From Eledone cirrhosa (taxonomy: Eukaryota), in NCBI GenBank assembly GCA_964016885.1, contig OZ024741.1, forward strand, positions 23,064,001-23,128,000: a DNA stretch of 64,000 nucleotides. The letters are read 5' to 3'. The first letter of the stretch is position 1; each line of letters opens with the position of its first letter. Below are positions 24,873-37,386 of this stretch, one piece after another. A model generated the notes under the pieces. It did not search any database and was not told the origin of the DNA. It saw nothing but the letters and a program-made list of their open reading frames with translations. The position numbers were made by a program, and so were the translations under genes.

Positions 24873-27324
24873 TTAATTGTGTTCGATTACATACACATGC
24901 ATGAAACACTAAAATAAATAAATACTTTATTATTTTTTTTTGAAAAGTTTTGTATTGTATAGGTTCCGTGAAGAATTCAAAATATTTAGAGGGTTCCTCG
25001 GTTTTAGAAAGGTTGGCGACCACTGAACTAAACGACTAATTCTGGTTTAAAAAAAAAAAAAATCAACAAAGACAACCTAGGAAAATTACCGATTCCCCCC
25101 CCCCCCCCCCCACACACTTATTCCAACAACCCTTTTATTTGGGCCCCTGAGTACCTGTTTGTAGTTACTAACCTGTAGTTAGTATCAGTGTTTTTTGTTA
25201 TTTATATTATTAACTTATTGGTTGAAAGTTGATATTAACCACTTTAGGATTGGAACCCAGAACCTAGTCAGGATAGTTCAATAACCTCTCTGTATCAATT
25301 CCACATTGATTTTACTAAGTTCAGTACTCAGAGAGAAGAGAAAAACTACATTTAATTTGAAAAGTAACGAAGAAATTATCTCTATATTGAAAGAAATATG
25401 TAATTTCTATCAAATTATTTAGATTTTATCTTATTTAATAGAGTTGTGCATATACTAAAATAAAATGTAAACATAAATAAAAAATGAGGGACCAGTGGCA
25501 ATCAAACTCTTGGGTCTTGAATAATCGATTTTATATAGATTTATAGTGAGAAAATTACATTAGATGTGAACAGATAGCAATTGTATCAGGAAAAGTTGGA
25601 TACAAAATATGAGACAGCTGAAGTTACCAGACAGCAGAAGAAACAAATAAACAAAAGCACCTGTATACCAGTAATACTCAAAGTGGGCTTTAGTGACTCG
25701 TAAGAGGGTACTAAAAGACTCAACAAATGCGTTGGGGGTGGTACTATAAATAGTTGCTTCTAAAACTTCATCTATATTTAGTGCAATGATAGCATGATCT
25801 AAATGAATAATTATATATATATTTTTTTATAGATATAACAAAGAAGAAACAGTAGTATAACATCAAATATTTAAGATATGGTTTTTGTGGTTTTATTGTG
25901 TCACCTACAAACAAGTTATTACCAGTGTGTTTGGTTTGCCAAAAGGTATTTCCCAATAAATATATGAAACCCTCAAGATTAGAAAAAACACTAAAAAGAA
26001 TAAATAAATAAATGAAAACACTCATGCTGACAAAACAAATAAAAATGTATCTTATATATTTATGTTGATGGTGTCTATTATTAAATTGGTTTGTAGTCAA
26101 ATCTATATAATCAATGTTATTTTGGCTACTATTAGATGTGACAGAGGTTGCATTTCAGGTCCAACTTCACAAACATCCAACACTATCAATATGTTTTCAT
26201 TTGCATCAATACAAGAAAATGATGGGTTAGACACATCTTACAAAACTTTTATTATTTGGTTGCCAAATTTAGAAAGCTATGTACTATTGGTGAAAAATTG
26301 ATTCTACCAGTTGTTAATGAGGTTCTATAGAGTGTGTTGCAGAAGCTAGTAACTGAAAAATTAATAAGTGGGGGAGGGAAATTATTTGAGACTCGAGAGT
26401 AAGACCCATTCTTTACATTAGTAAAACTAATAATTTTAGATACTTTTGTACAATTATATTTTTGGCTATATAATAAACGTTTAAATTTTAAAAAATTATT
26501 AAAATTTAATTTTCAATGTACCATTTTTGACAGAATTTACAAGAGGTAATAATGAGATATGTTCTAAAAGAAGAGACAGTCACCTAAAAGAATAAATTAG
26601 GCAACACTGCTCTATTGAGACCCTTGAGCTGCTAGAAATGACAGTCAAACATCTTTTATATAATGCTATACTGCCTTAAATGGGAAAGAACACATTAGCT
26701 AATGTAGACTAGATTGACAGTCAAACCTCTTATATAACACCATATTGTCTTAAATAAGGAAGGGCACATTAGCTAATGTAGTTTAGATTGACACTGCCTG
26801 AAAAAAAAGAACAGTATGGTAATAGTTTGAATGTCTATTGATAGGTCAGCTCAGTAAAGGTTGGAATAGGGTTGAACAACATCAACAAACAAGAGAAAGA
26901 ACTAAAAATAGGAAATGCCATAAAAGGTTTATTTCTATACACGAAACAGTAATATGAGTATCCCAGCCTTGACTTTATATTAAATGAAGAAATAATTTAT
27001 TAAAAAAAAATTAACAGACAACCTAAGCAAAATGTCCCCAAAACCCGAGACAATTTTATAAAAACTTTTGACAAATTATTTGCTCTTCACAACAGAAATT
27101 GTCTAAACAAAAATAAAAACGAAAAATATATAGAAATAATAATAATGATAAATAGTAAAAAAAATTAAGGAGTTTGTTTGTGAGGTGAAGAAACTGAACT
27201 GCAACCATCTGTTCTCTTTAAAGTTGTAGTAAATCTACAGTGAAAAATTAGTGTTAAGAGCAAGAAAGTCAAATGTTTACAAAAAGTGTCTTTTGGTAGA
27301 AAATTTAGTTTAATAAGGAAAGTT

Positions 27325-28730
27325 ACACATACATGTATGTACACACACACATACATACATACACACACATGTACACACGTACATACATACATACACACAC
27401 ATGTACACACGTACATACATACACACACACGTACACACATACACACACATGTACACACGTACACACATACACACACATGTACACACGTACATACATACAC
27501 ACACATGTACACACGTACATACATACACACACATGTACACACGTACATACATACACACACATGTACACACATACATACACACACATGTACACACATACAT
27601 ACACACACATGTACACACATACACACACATGTACACACGTACACACATACACACACATGTACACACGTACATACATACACACATGTACACACGTACATAC
27701 ATACACACACATGTACACACGTACATACATACACACACATGTACACACGTACATACATACACACACATGTACACACGTACATACATACACACACATGTAC
27801 ACACGTACATACATACACACACATGTACACACGTACATACATACACACACATGTACACACGTACATACATACACACACATGTACACACGTACATACATAC
27901 ACACACATGTACACACGTACATACATACACACACATGTACACACGTACATACATACACACACATGTACACACGTACATACATACACACACATGTACATAC
28001 GTACATACATACACACACATGTACATACGTACATACATACATACACACACATGTACATACGCACATACATACACACACATGTACATACGCACATACATAC
28101 ACACACATGTACATACGCACATACATACACACACATGTACATACGCACATACATACACACACATGTACATACGCACATACATACACACACATGTACATAT
28201 GCACATACACATGTACACACACACGTACATACATACACACATGTACACACACGTACATACATACACACATGTACACACACACGTACATACATACACACAT
28301 GTACACACGTACATACATACATACATACACACATGTACATACATACATGTACACACATACACACATGTACATACATACACACACACATGTACATACATGT
28401 ACACATACACACATGTACACATACACACATGTACACATACACACATGTACATACATGTACACATACACACATGTACATACATGTACACATACACACATGT
28501 ACATACATGTACACATACACACATGTACATACATGTACACATACACATATGTACATACATGTACACATACATATATGTACTCATACACATATGTACATAC
28601 ATGTACACATACACATATGTACATACATGTACACATATATGTACATACATATATGTACATACACGTACACATACATATATGTACACATACACGCATACAT
28701 ACATATATGTACACACATGTACATACATAT
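27325..28730. repeat. Cryptic CA/TACA microsatellite with a ~22-bp higher-order unit
   Basis: ACATGTACACACGTACATACATACACAC-like repeats; explains all six 440-500 aa ORFs here. Confidence 0.96.
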
Positions 28731-29699
28731 AACTGGCTCTCCGTCGGTTACAACGACAAGTGTTCCAGTTGATATGGTCAACAGAACAGCCTGCTTGTTA
28801 AATTAACACGCAAATGGCTGAGCATTCTACAGATACGCGCACCCTTAATGGGAGATTCAGCGTGACACAGAATGTGACAAGATAAGCCCTTTGATTTACA
28901 GGTACAACTCATTTTTGCCAGCTGAGTGAATTGGAGCAACATGAAATAAAGTGTCTTGCTTAAGGACACAACGTGCCACTGGGAATCGAACTCACAACCT
29001 TACGATTGTGAGCCAAATACCTTAACTACAAAACCGCACTTTAAATACTGTTAAATTATTGCCAAGTATTTATTTTTTTTAAATAATAAATCAATGGCAT
29101 TGTTAAGTGAATAAAAATAAATCCTGTTGTATGAATATTTAAAAATAAAGATAAACTAATAGAAAAAGATTTAATATATATTAAATATGCATAATTATAT
29201 ATAAAGAAGTACTAACGTAAAATAATTCTGTACAATTCATGTTGTTTAAAATATAATAGTAAGATAGACCCACTTTTGATGGTATGCAATTCTTTCAAAA
29301 GGTTGAACTACAAAGCCAACTACTATGTTTACTGTGTAGCCCAGGTGATAATACAAATAACTTCTACTGAGTCATGTAAATACCATGAGAATTTCACAGA
29401 CATGACAAAGGATTAAGTTATACCAAGTTTTGAATAGCTTTCTATTAACCCTTTTCATAGCAAACTACCCAACACTTTCAGTCTACAATACTAAGAGGTT
29501 TATTTTAAAATGTTTATATTTATCTAAAAACATTCCATCATAATTTTGTTAGGACTTTAAGTTATGTCCCAAACACCAGCTTAATAATGAGAAAGTTTAA
29601 TAAATCTCTACAAACTCTTTATTTTCAAAATTATTTTAAAATTACATGAAATATCTTTTTTATTAGAAATATAGTTACAAACAGATTGAGAACTGTTAT

Positions 29700-30045
29700 T
29701 TGTCTCAGAGGCATGACAACTTCCTCTAGTATTGGTGAAGTACATGATAAACACATCCAGTACATTCTGTAAATTGGTTGATGATAAGAAGAACATACAG
29801 CTGTAGAAAACCTACCAAACAAAGGATTTGGAAAATCCTTCAGCAATGCCAAAGACATGACAACTTCACTAGTGGATGGAAGCTGCAGTAGAGGTAGACA
29901 GAGAAAGACCTGGGAAGAGATGGTGAGAGCTGACCTCAAATTGCTGAGACTCACAGAGGAGATGACGAAGAAATGCAGCAAGTGGAGAGATACTGTACTG
30001 AAAAGGACCCGTCCAACCTATGCAAGTGAGGAAAAACGGATGTAC
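29700..30045 (+). mobile_element. Family C 5' module fused to an RTE 3' coding end
   Basis: CTGTAAATTGGTTG...CAGCTGTAGAAAACC module joined to VDGSCSRGRQRKTWEEMVRADLK... and a GGAAAACGGATGT terminus. Confidence 0.7.
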
Positions 30046-31725
30046 ACACACATATTATTATACCCTTGAAAGGGCTTGAACATCAAGTCACAACAGCTTG
30101 GCGCCGCAACCGGAATTTTACATATCTCTCTCTCTTTCTCTATATATATATATATACAGAGATTTTTCTTTTTCTTTTTAAATAAAAAGGCTGTGACTTA
30201 ACTTTCAAAAGAAAATGAATAATCTAATATTTTTCACGACAGTGAGAAGATCGCAAAAGATTGAAATGCACACCTATAGTTATAATTTTCAATTTATTCA
30301 TTTTCCATATCTGGTTCTACTCACAGACAGCAGCCCCCCCCCCCCCCCCCAAAGGGAGAAAAATACAAAATGATGTATATAGCAATGTTTCCCTCCCTTT
30401 CCTTCACAAAGAAGATTTTAATGAACTAACCAACCAATCAGAATGAATCTTTCATGAACGTTCAACTTCTGACCATATGCTGAATATTGTTGATTCACAA
30501 ACTGGTGTGATAGTTTCTTTTTATCTTTAAGAAATTTTTTTGTCATTCAGTTATATAAATAACATTACAAATTGTTTATAATTCTTACAGAATAAAAATA
30601 TAAACACAAATAATAAATACAATTAATTATTGCTGGGAACTTTAGAAATATAACAAAGGAAAGAAAAAAAAAGTAACAAACCCAAACCACCATCAATTCA
30701 CCACCAAGTGTGACAATTGGTTGGTATGATAGTTACAAAAGAAAACTACACCATTTTACCAAGACATATTTACCTTATATTTACCATGCTAGTTTATCAC
30801 AGGACAATTAGACAGTGGAAATTACTATTTTCAGACATAAATTTTTGTTTAATTCTTAGTTTTAGTTTTCTGTAGTTTTTCTTATTGTCTAAGGTTTAAT
30901 GTTAGTTATTTCTTAACTAAAAGCTCCCCATGTGCTGTTGATGTCTGTGCTGGGCCCAGCATATATATCAACACCATATGGTAACCTTTAATTAAGAGTG
31001 AAAAACAACACTTGATATCAAACCAGCCAAAACTATTTGCAGTTCTATGAAACAAAACCAGCCAATTTTAAAATGTTTCTATCAAAATTAAAATCTTCCA
31101 ACATAATTCTATATAAACGGATTTTGTTGAGTTATGAACACTACTGTAATTAAATAATATTCCCGAGAAGGTCGTGGGGACACTTAATAGAGTGTGTAGC
31201 TCGGAGATCAGAGAGTTACTCCATGTAGAGCTTCTACTTCTAACTGGCAGGTGATCCAGGAGTTGACCCCGAGCAAGATGATTGAGGCTGGTTTGCTTGG
31301 GGATTCAGCTGCATCAGTTGGCGACAGTTACTTCTGACATGACCCACTGGAAGGAGTCTATTTGATGGTTGATATGATCCACTTCCTTGAAGGTGGTGCT
31401 CCAGTATGGCTGCAGTCAAATGACAGAAAGCAATAAAACAATCTTAATTTCCATCTAGTGAATATGTGTTATGTATTAGTTACCTAGTTACTGGATCAGT
31501 GTGTGTGTGGTGGTGGTGGTGGTGGTGGTGGTGGTGGGGGTGGGGTAGTTTAACCCTTTTTATACTTTTATACCAAATCCCCTTAAACTGCCCCTGCTTC
31601 TATAATACAAAACTATGTTTTAAAATAGCTATATTTACCTAAAACCTTCCATCATAATTTTATGTAAGAAACCATGTGAAGCTATTTTCTAAACACCCCC
31701 CGCTTTTATAATTTTAAACAGTTTT

Positions 31726-31765
<40 letters not shown>

Positions 31766-32361
31766 AATATATATATAACTGGATTATAGGTAATATGTAT
31801 GATGTAGTTAATTGTTAACTAATAATTTCCAGTTCTACAAATGCATGTATTATTATGACTGTTTGGCAGTATCGTTGGAGGGTCAGACTCCATACTTTCC
31901 AGCACAGAGTTATGTCCCTTTACGGTATGAGTTCAAATCCCGCCAAGGTTAACTTTGCCTTTCATCCTCACGGACTCGATAAAATAAAGTACCAGTAATG
32001 CTCTGGGATAATTGCTGGCCTTGTGCCAAAAGTAGAAACAATTATTATGACTGTATTGAAACAAACATAGAAATAAAGGAATAAATGTAACTTCATAACC
32101 TTGATTTTTTTCTAATATATTGACAGTCGATCAGCTTTCATCAAATCGGACCGAAGAAACAATGTTTCCTTTGTTCTTTCCAATTGTTAATACTATCTAT
32201 AGAAGGTAGAAGGAGCAATGTGAAATAAAATGTCTTGCTCAAGGACATAACGCATAGCATGGTCCAGGAATCGAACTCACAACCTCACGATTCTTAATCC
32301 AATTACCACTCAGCCACGCGCCTTCACATAATTTTATATAATTGAATATATATGCATATAT

Positions 32362-32392
<31 letters not shown>

Positions 32393-32424
32393 GTCATTAC
32401 TATATATATATATATATATATATA

Positions 32425-32593
32425 GTAATAATAATAAATGTGAAGACTAAAATCCAAAGAGGGCTCGATAAGGATAAATATATATCAAATATATAAGAAC
32501 CGTAGAGCAAATATTCATTAAAATAAGTTTCAGAAGATCCCGTTAAGGGTGAAAGCAGCGATTCTTTGCTTAAACTTTAATCTGTTATTTTAA
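32425..32593 (+). mobile_element. (TA)n-flanked short element with hammerhead-like motif (Penelope-like pLTR), copy 1
   Basis: AAGTTT-CAGAAGA-T CCC GTTAA GGG T-GAAA-GCA(9 nt)TGC-TT-AAACTT at 32525-32577. Confidence 0.55.
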
Positions 32594-32799
32594 TATATAT
32601 ATATATATATATATATTTATTGTAGTAGATAATTATCTAGATAAATTGAGAGTAGTAAGGTAAGAAAAATGTGTCTGTAAAGTAGCTTAGCTCCCTTACA
32701 CCATTGAAAGTAGTGAAATACAAATTCCTTTCCTTTGTAAATAAACTTATTCAGATACCATTTTACCCCTCCTTCTCCACCCCTACACTGTAAAAACAA

Positions 32800-33990
32800 A
32801 ATTTGTACTATGTACCCTTGGAAAGTCAGTTATATCGTAATCTGCTCCCTTCATGCATGCAACCCACAGATAGTCACCTCCAATTGCTTCTCCCTCTCTC
32901 ACTTTCAGCCACAATAGATATAGGGATCAGTGGTAGCTTTCAACAGATACCTCTGGTGGTGATGAAATCCAAAAAATCTAATTATACAAGACATAAGTAC
33001 ATCTGTGTTCAAGAAAATGGTACATAACCACAGCATCCTCTTAGGACCATGGATTAAATACACCCATGTCTGCTCCCTATCAAACACAAAGTTACTATAA
33101 ATGTTGGCACAATGAAAGGTCTTTAGGTGATATTGTGGAGATGCTAAAGTGGAAATGTATAAAGGTATTCTATGAACAAGAAGTAAAGTAGAGAGGAACT
33201 TCAGCCAGATTCATCATCAGGATGGGTAGCAGTGATGGTGTTGGTGGAGTAGGAATACTATTGGCAGAGAAATGGGTCAATAATGTAATTGAGGTAGTCA
33301 GACTGTGCTTAGTCTACTTTTGGGCAATGCAATAGCTATTATACATCAGAAGCTGGAATTGCAGATGGACAAAAAGACCACTTTTATGAGGTCCCTTTAC
33401 AGACTATCTCATCGATGAATGATGGTGATCCCATGATTGCAGCTGGTGACTTCAATGGACATGTTGAGAAACACCATGACAGCTTTCTCTGTGTATGGAG
33501 GCTATGGTAAGGATAAAAGAAAATGAAGAGAGGAGTAGGCTTCTAGTGTTTTTTTATGTCCTTAACCTAACAATCTGTAATACAAACTTCAGGAAAGCAG
33601 CTATTCACCTGATAACCTACCAATCAGAAGGTCACAGAAGCCAAATAGCCTAGAGTCTCACCAGGAAATGGGACAGGCAAATGGTCATAAATGCCAAGTC
33701 TTCCCTAAGTAAAGAATATATATACTTCCCAACTAGTTATCAGTGTCTAACCGCTCTTCTTATGAATGTAGAAGAGATATAGTGGAATCACATCTAGGAT
33801 AATGAAGAAGACTTTATATATGGTAGATGTATAAATAGCAAAGAAATTTCAGTTAATGAGACTTGTGGAAAAGGTTGACCCAAGAGGACATGAGATGAAG
33901 TAGTGAAGACCGATCTTAAGCTGAAAATCATAGTAGAGATGACAAAAGACCATGAGAACTGGTGACATATGGCACTAGAGAAGACTCATG
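32800..33990 (+). mobile_element. Decayed RTE-type LINE (APE endonuclease region plus 3' piece)
   Basis: Fragments translate to NVGTMKG, GSSDGVGGVGILLAEKWVNNVIEV, AGDFNGHV and ICNTNFRK..HLITY; many stops. Confidence 0.75.
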
Positions 33991-34868
33991 TACCTGCATT
34001 AAAGATATCGCCCTCATTACTATCACCCCTTAGAAGATCTTCCCATCATCACTATACCCCTCTCCCACTCTTTCCAGGATCACCCCTTAAAACCCTGACA
34101 CATCAGTCATAGCCCCTTAGTAGCTGTTAACACAGTAACCTCTGCACCATCAGAAGTCACCCACACCTCTTCTACTCATCAACCTGTCAAATCTCACCCC
34201 ACTTATATACCCAAGACATCATACTTATCCTTCTTGACCTCCCACCATAGAGAAGAGATGGCTCTTCCGACTGACAACCTCCAATGCTGGTACCATGAAA
34301 AATGCACCCTGTACACCCTGTAAGTTGGTTGGCAACAGGAAGGGCATCCTGAAGAAACCATGTCACAACAGGGTTTAGAGGACCCCTCAGCTGTATCAAG
34401 GGCATGATAGCATCTCCAGTGCTAGTGAGCTACATCGTAAATGCACTGAAAACACTCAGTAAAGTGGTTGGTGACAAAGAGAGCATCCAGCCATAGAAAA
34501 CCTGCCAAACAAAGGATCGGTAGGACTCTTCAGCTTTGTTAAAGGTATGACAACCTCCCTAGTACTGGTGCCATAAGATGTGAGATGTAGAGCCTCACCA
34601 CCACCACCTTAGCACTAGGTAGAGTGTGGGAATGTCAGATGCAGGTCCCTTGGGCAACATGAGAATTCAGTAGCTCTGCTTAAGTACATGCTAGGAAAAA
34701 CGGACGTTAAATGATGTTAAGACCCTCTTCCTGCTATATCAAGCGTTAACCTAATATATCCCTTCCATATACTGTACCGATTGTGTTATTTCTGTATACC
34801 TTTTACATACATACATACACATATATATATATATATATATATATTAAAATAATATATATTTATATATA

Positions 34869-35021
34869 TTAAAATAACATTAAAGTTTAAGCAAAGAATC
34901 GCTGCTTTCACCCTTAACGGGATCTTCTGAAATATTTGCTCTACGGTTCTTATATATTTGATATATATTTATCCTTATCGAGCCCTCTTTGGATTTTAGT
35001 CTTCAAATTTATTATTATTAC
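34869..35021 (-). mobile_element. (TA)n-flanked short element with hammerhead-like motif, copy 2 (inverted)
   Basis: Reverse complement of 32425-32593 with a ~14-bp deletion just 5' of CAGAAGA. Confidence 0.6.
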
Positions 35022-36849
35022 TATATATATACCCACTCTGCATCTTCCCATGAATAGTGGTCTCACCACCGCAGACTCCCTCACACACCCCATTTCAAGC
35101 TTTTTAGTTAACCTTTCAGTGTTAGAATTGAATAAAAAATATCTTTAATAAAGTAGACATAATAGCAAAGATATTGTTTCCCGTACTCACCTACATATAA
35201 ATGTATGTATACTATATAGGACACTACTGCACGATTACAAACGAGTTGCTAACTGTAGCAGCTTAAAGAATGTATAAGATTAAAAGTATTATTCTAGAAA
35301 AAGACAAGATATGAGGTTTTAAAAATATTATACTCAACATTTAAATTTTTTTTTTTTTAAATACACATTTTCAGTTCTACTTATGTATGATACATCTAAA
35401 TTCACATAAAAAAATTTTGAATTAAAAAAAAAAAAAAAAAGTCCGTCCGTCCGTCACTTAAATCATGCATTTAGTACTGATAACTAAAATACTTAAGCAG
35501 TTTAAAATAGGGCCTATATTTCACATCTGGTTTGGGCCTATAACCTGGTTTGGACCTAGAACCAGGCTTGGGCCTATAACCTGGTTTGGACTTATAACCA
35601 GGCTTGGGAGCCCATTAGCTTTGCATATCAGTAAACTGTATAAGTGTGTATATGTTTCTATGCATAGAATGTAAAATCTGAGAAATGAAAGTAAACCACC
35701 TTATTAAATAATTGTTTCTACTTTAGGCACAAGGCCAGCAATTACTCAGTTCATTACTGGTACTTTATTTTATCGGATGAAAGGCAAAGTCAACCTCGGC
35801 GAGATTTGAACTCAGATCGTAAAGGGACGTAACTATGAGGGAAATCATGGCGTCCGACCCCCTACCGATACTACCAATCCACCGCCCTTATTAAATAATG
35901 CTTTAATGCAATATTTATTTACTCTATATAACATAGCATTGAATGTACCATCCTAGCCAAAACCAGCCCTGGTTCTGTGAAATAAAACCAAATATTTTAA
36001 AGATTTCCAATTTAAATTAAATTTAGGGTCAATATTTTGCCGAATTTCACCAGCTTCAAATTCTTCGTAAAAAAGGTGCTAAAATATCTGGAGGGATTAT
36101 TTTATAATAAAACAGTTTCTTTTTTCTTTTTTACTACATCGTAAACAGTGTTATTTCCAACAAATCTATACAACAAGAACGCTGTCTGTCCGCCTGTCAT
36201 GCTCACTTTGTGTGACAGAGAGAGAAGACATTGACCTCATCTATTTTTATTATAATCTGAATATTTTAATACATAAATACCACCTACACACGCATTGCAC
36301 ACATACACGCACACATACATACACGCTCGCACACACACATCCACACGCATGCACACACAAACATACGTGCGCACACACACACACCGACTGTTTTCCCCCT
36401 GACTTACTAATACTTTTCTTTCAATCTTACGTAAGATTGAAGTTTTACTTGATTTATGTGTTATTGCTCTCACTCCCCCTCCACTTGGCCTCCCTCCTTT
36501 CCTCCGTCTTTCCCTCCATCTCTCCCTCCCTCCCTCTATCCTACCCTATAAATGCCTATACAAAACTCTTAATCTCAACCTCTCGCTCTCACCAACTCCC
36601 AGCATGTGGTCAGAAGTAAACAAAAATTCTAGAAATTTGTTGAAACTCTAAATCGGATGAAATGGTAAATCATTACGTAATAAACTCGAAACGACACTTA
36701 AAACATTTAAACAAAAATATATTTTATACTCATGAGAATATCAAAACCATTCCATCTAAACATAATGTGTTGAATAGCTGCTCCAGCTTATGGAGTCTGG
36801 ACCCATAGGGGTTGACTTATATTCGAGTCTCGAATATCCCCCCCCCCCC

Positions 36850-37386
36850 CCAACATTTTGTTGATTATCTCCGGCGAAATTTTATTATAATTGGTGGCAT
36901 AATTTTCTTTATACATTAAAAACATACATGACAAAAAAAGTACATTACTAGGAATCCCATATGTTATAAAATAGGAAGGGTTGGAGCAGAGTTGGGTTTA
37001 GACGGGGGCAGGGATGTCGTACACACAAAACATTAGAATACCCCCCCCTCCCCCATTTTACATATCAAAGTTAGCTTGGCACAAGTAATTGGAATTGAAT
37101 CATTTCATTTCTACAGCTGAGTAAACTGGAACATAAAATAAAGTGTCTTGCTCAAGGAAACAACACCTCACTCGGTCCGAGAATTGAACTCACAACCTTT
37201 CGATTGCAAGCCCAATGCTCTAACCACTAAGCCATGCGCCCCCTTTGCCCCCCCCCCCATTAAATCTGACTGGGTTGGGGGTCTCAATATGTAAACTAAA
37301 CAACTAATTCTGTTTTTTTTTTTAAATCAACGGAGACAACCTAGAAAAATTACCGACGCCCCCTCTTATATATAGTATATACGGTA
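36850..37386 (+). mobile_element. Non-autonomous DNA element (same family as the hAT's host), interrupted by a SINE
   Basis: GAATCCCATATGTTATAAAATAG...GGGGTCTCAATATGTAAACTAAACAACTAATTCTG...GACAACCTAGAAAAATTACCGAC matches 21450-21511 joined to 25034-25095; a third, inverted copy lies at 63840-64000. Confidence 0.75.

Larger units (their letters stand above)
21512..25025 (+). mobile_element. Full-length hAT (Buster/Charlie-type) DNA transposon
   Basis: 14-bp perfect TIRs CAGTGGTCGCCAAC / GTTGGCGACCACTG; 8-bp TSD AACTAAAC (21504-21511, 25026-25033) with central TA typical of Buster; subterminal GGTTCC motifs. Confidence 0.95.

Noticed and set aside
27165-28806. 440-506 aa ORFs (also 57507-58532, 60672-61773, 20355-21104, 387-968)
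   Set aside because: Periodic translations of simple or tandem repeats, mostly open in several frames or on both strands; no domain content.
30090-30450. Possible alternative Par-3 promoter or non-coding first exon (CCGGAA, CCAATCA, minus-strand gtgagt donor near 30322)
   Set aside because: Short motifs expected by chance; no transcript evidence available.
35441-35607. (GTCC)n followed by 18-bp tandem repeats as a Helentron/DINE-like element
   Set aside because: Suggestive, but no subterminal inverted repeats, boundaries or second copy could be defined.
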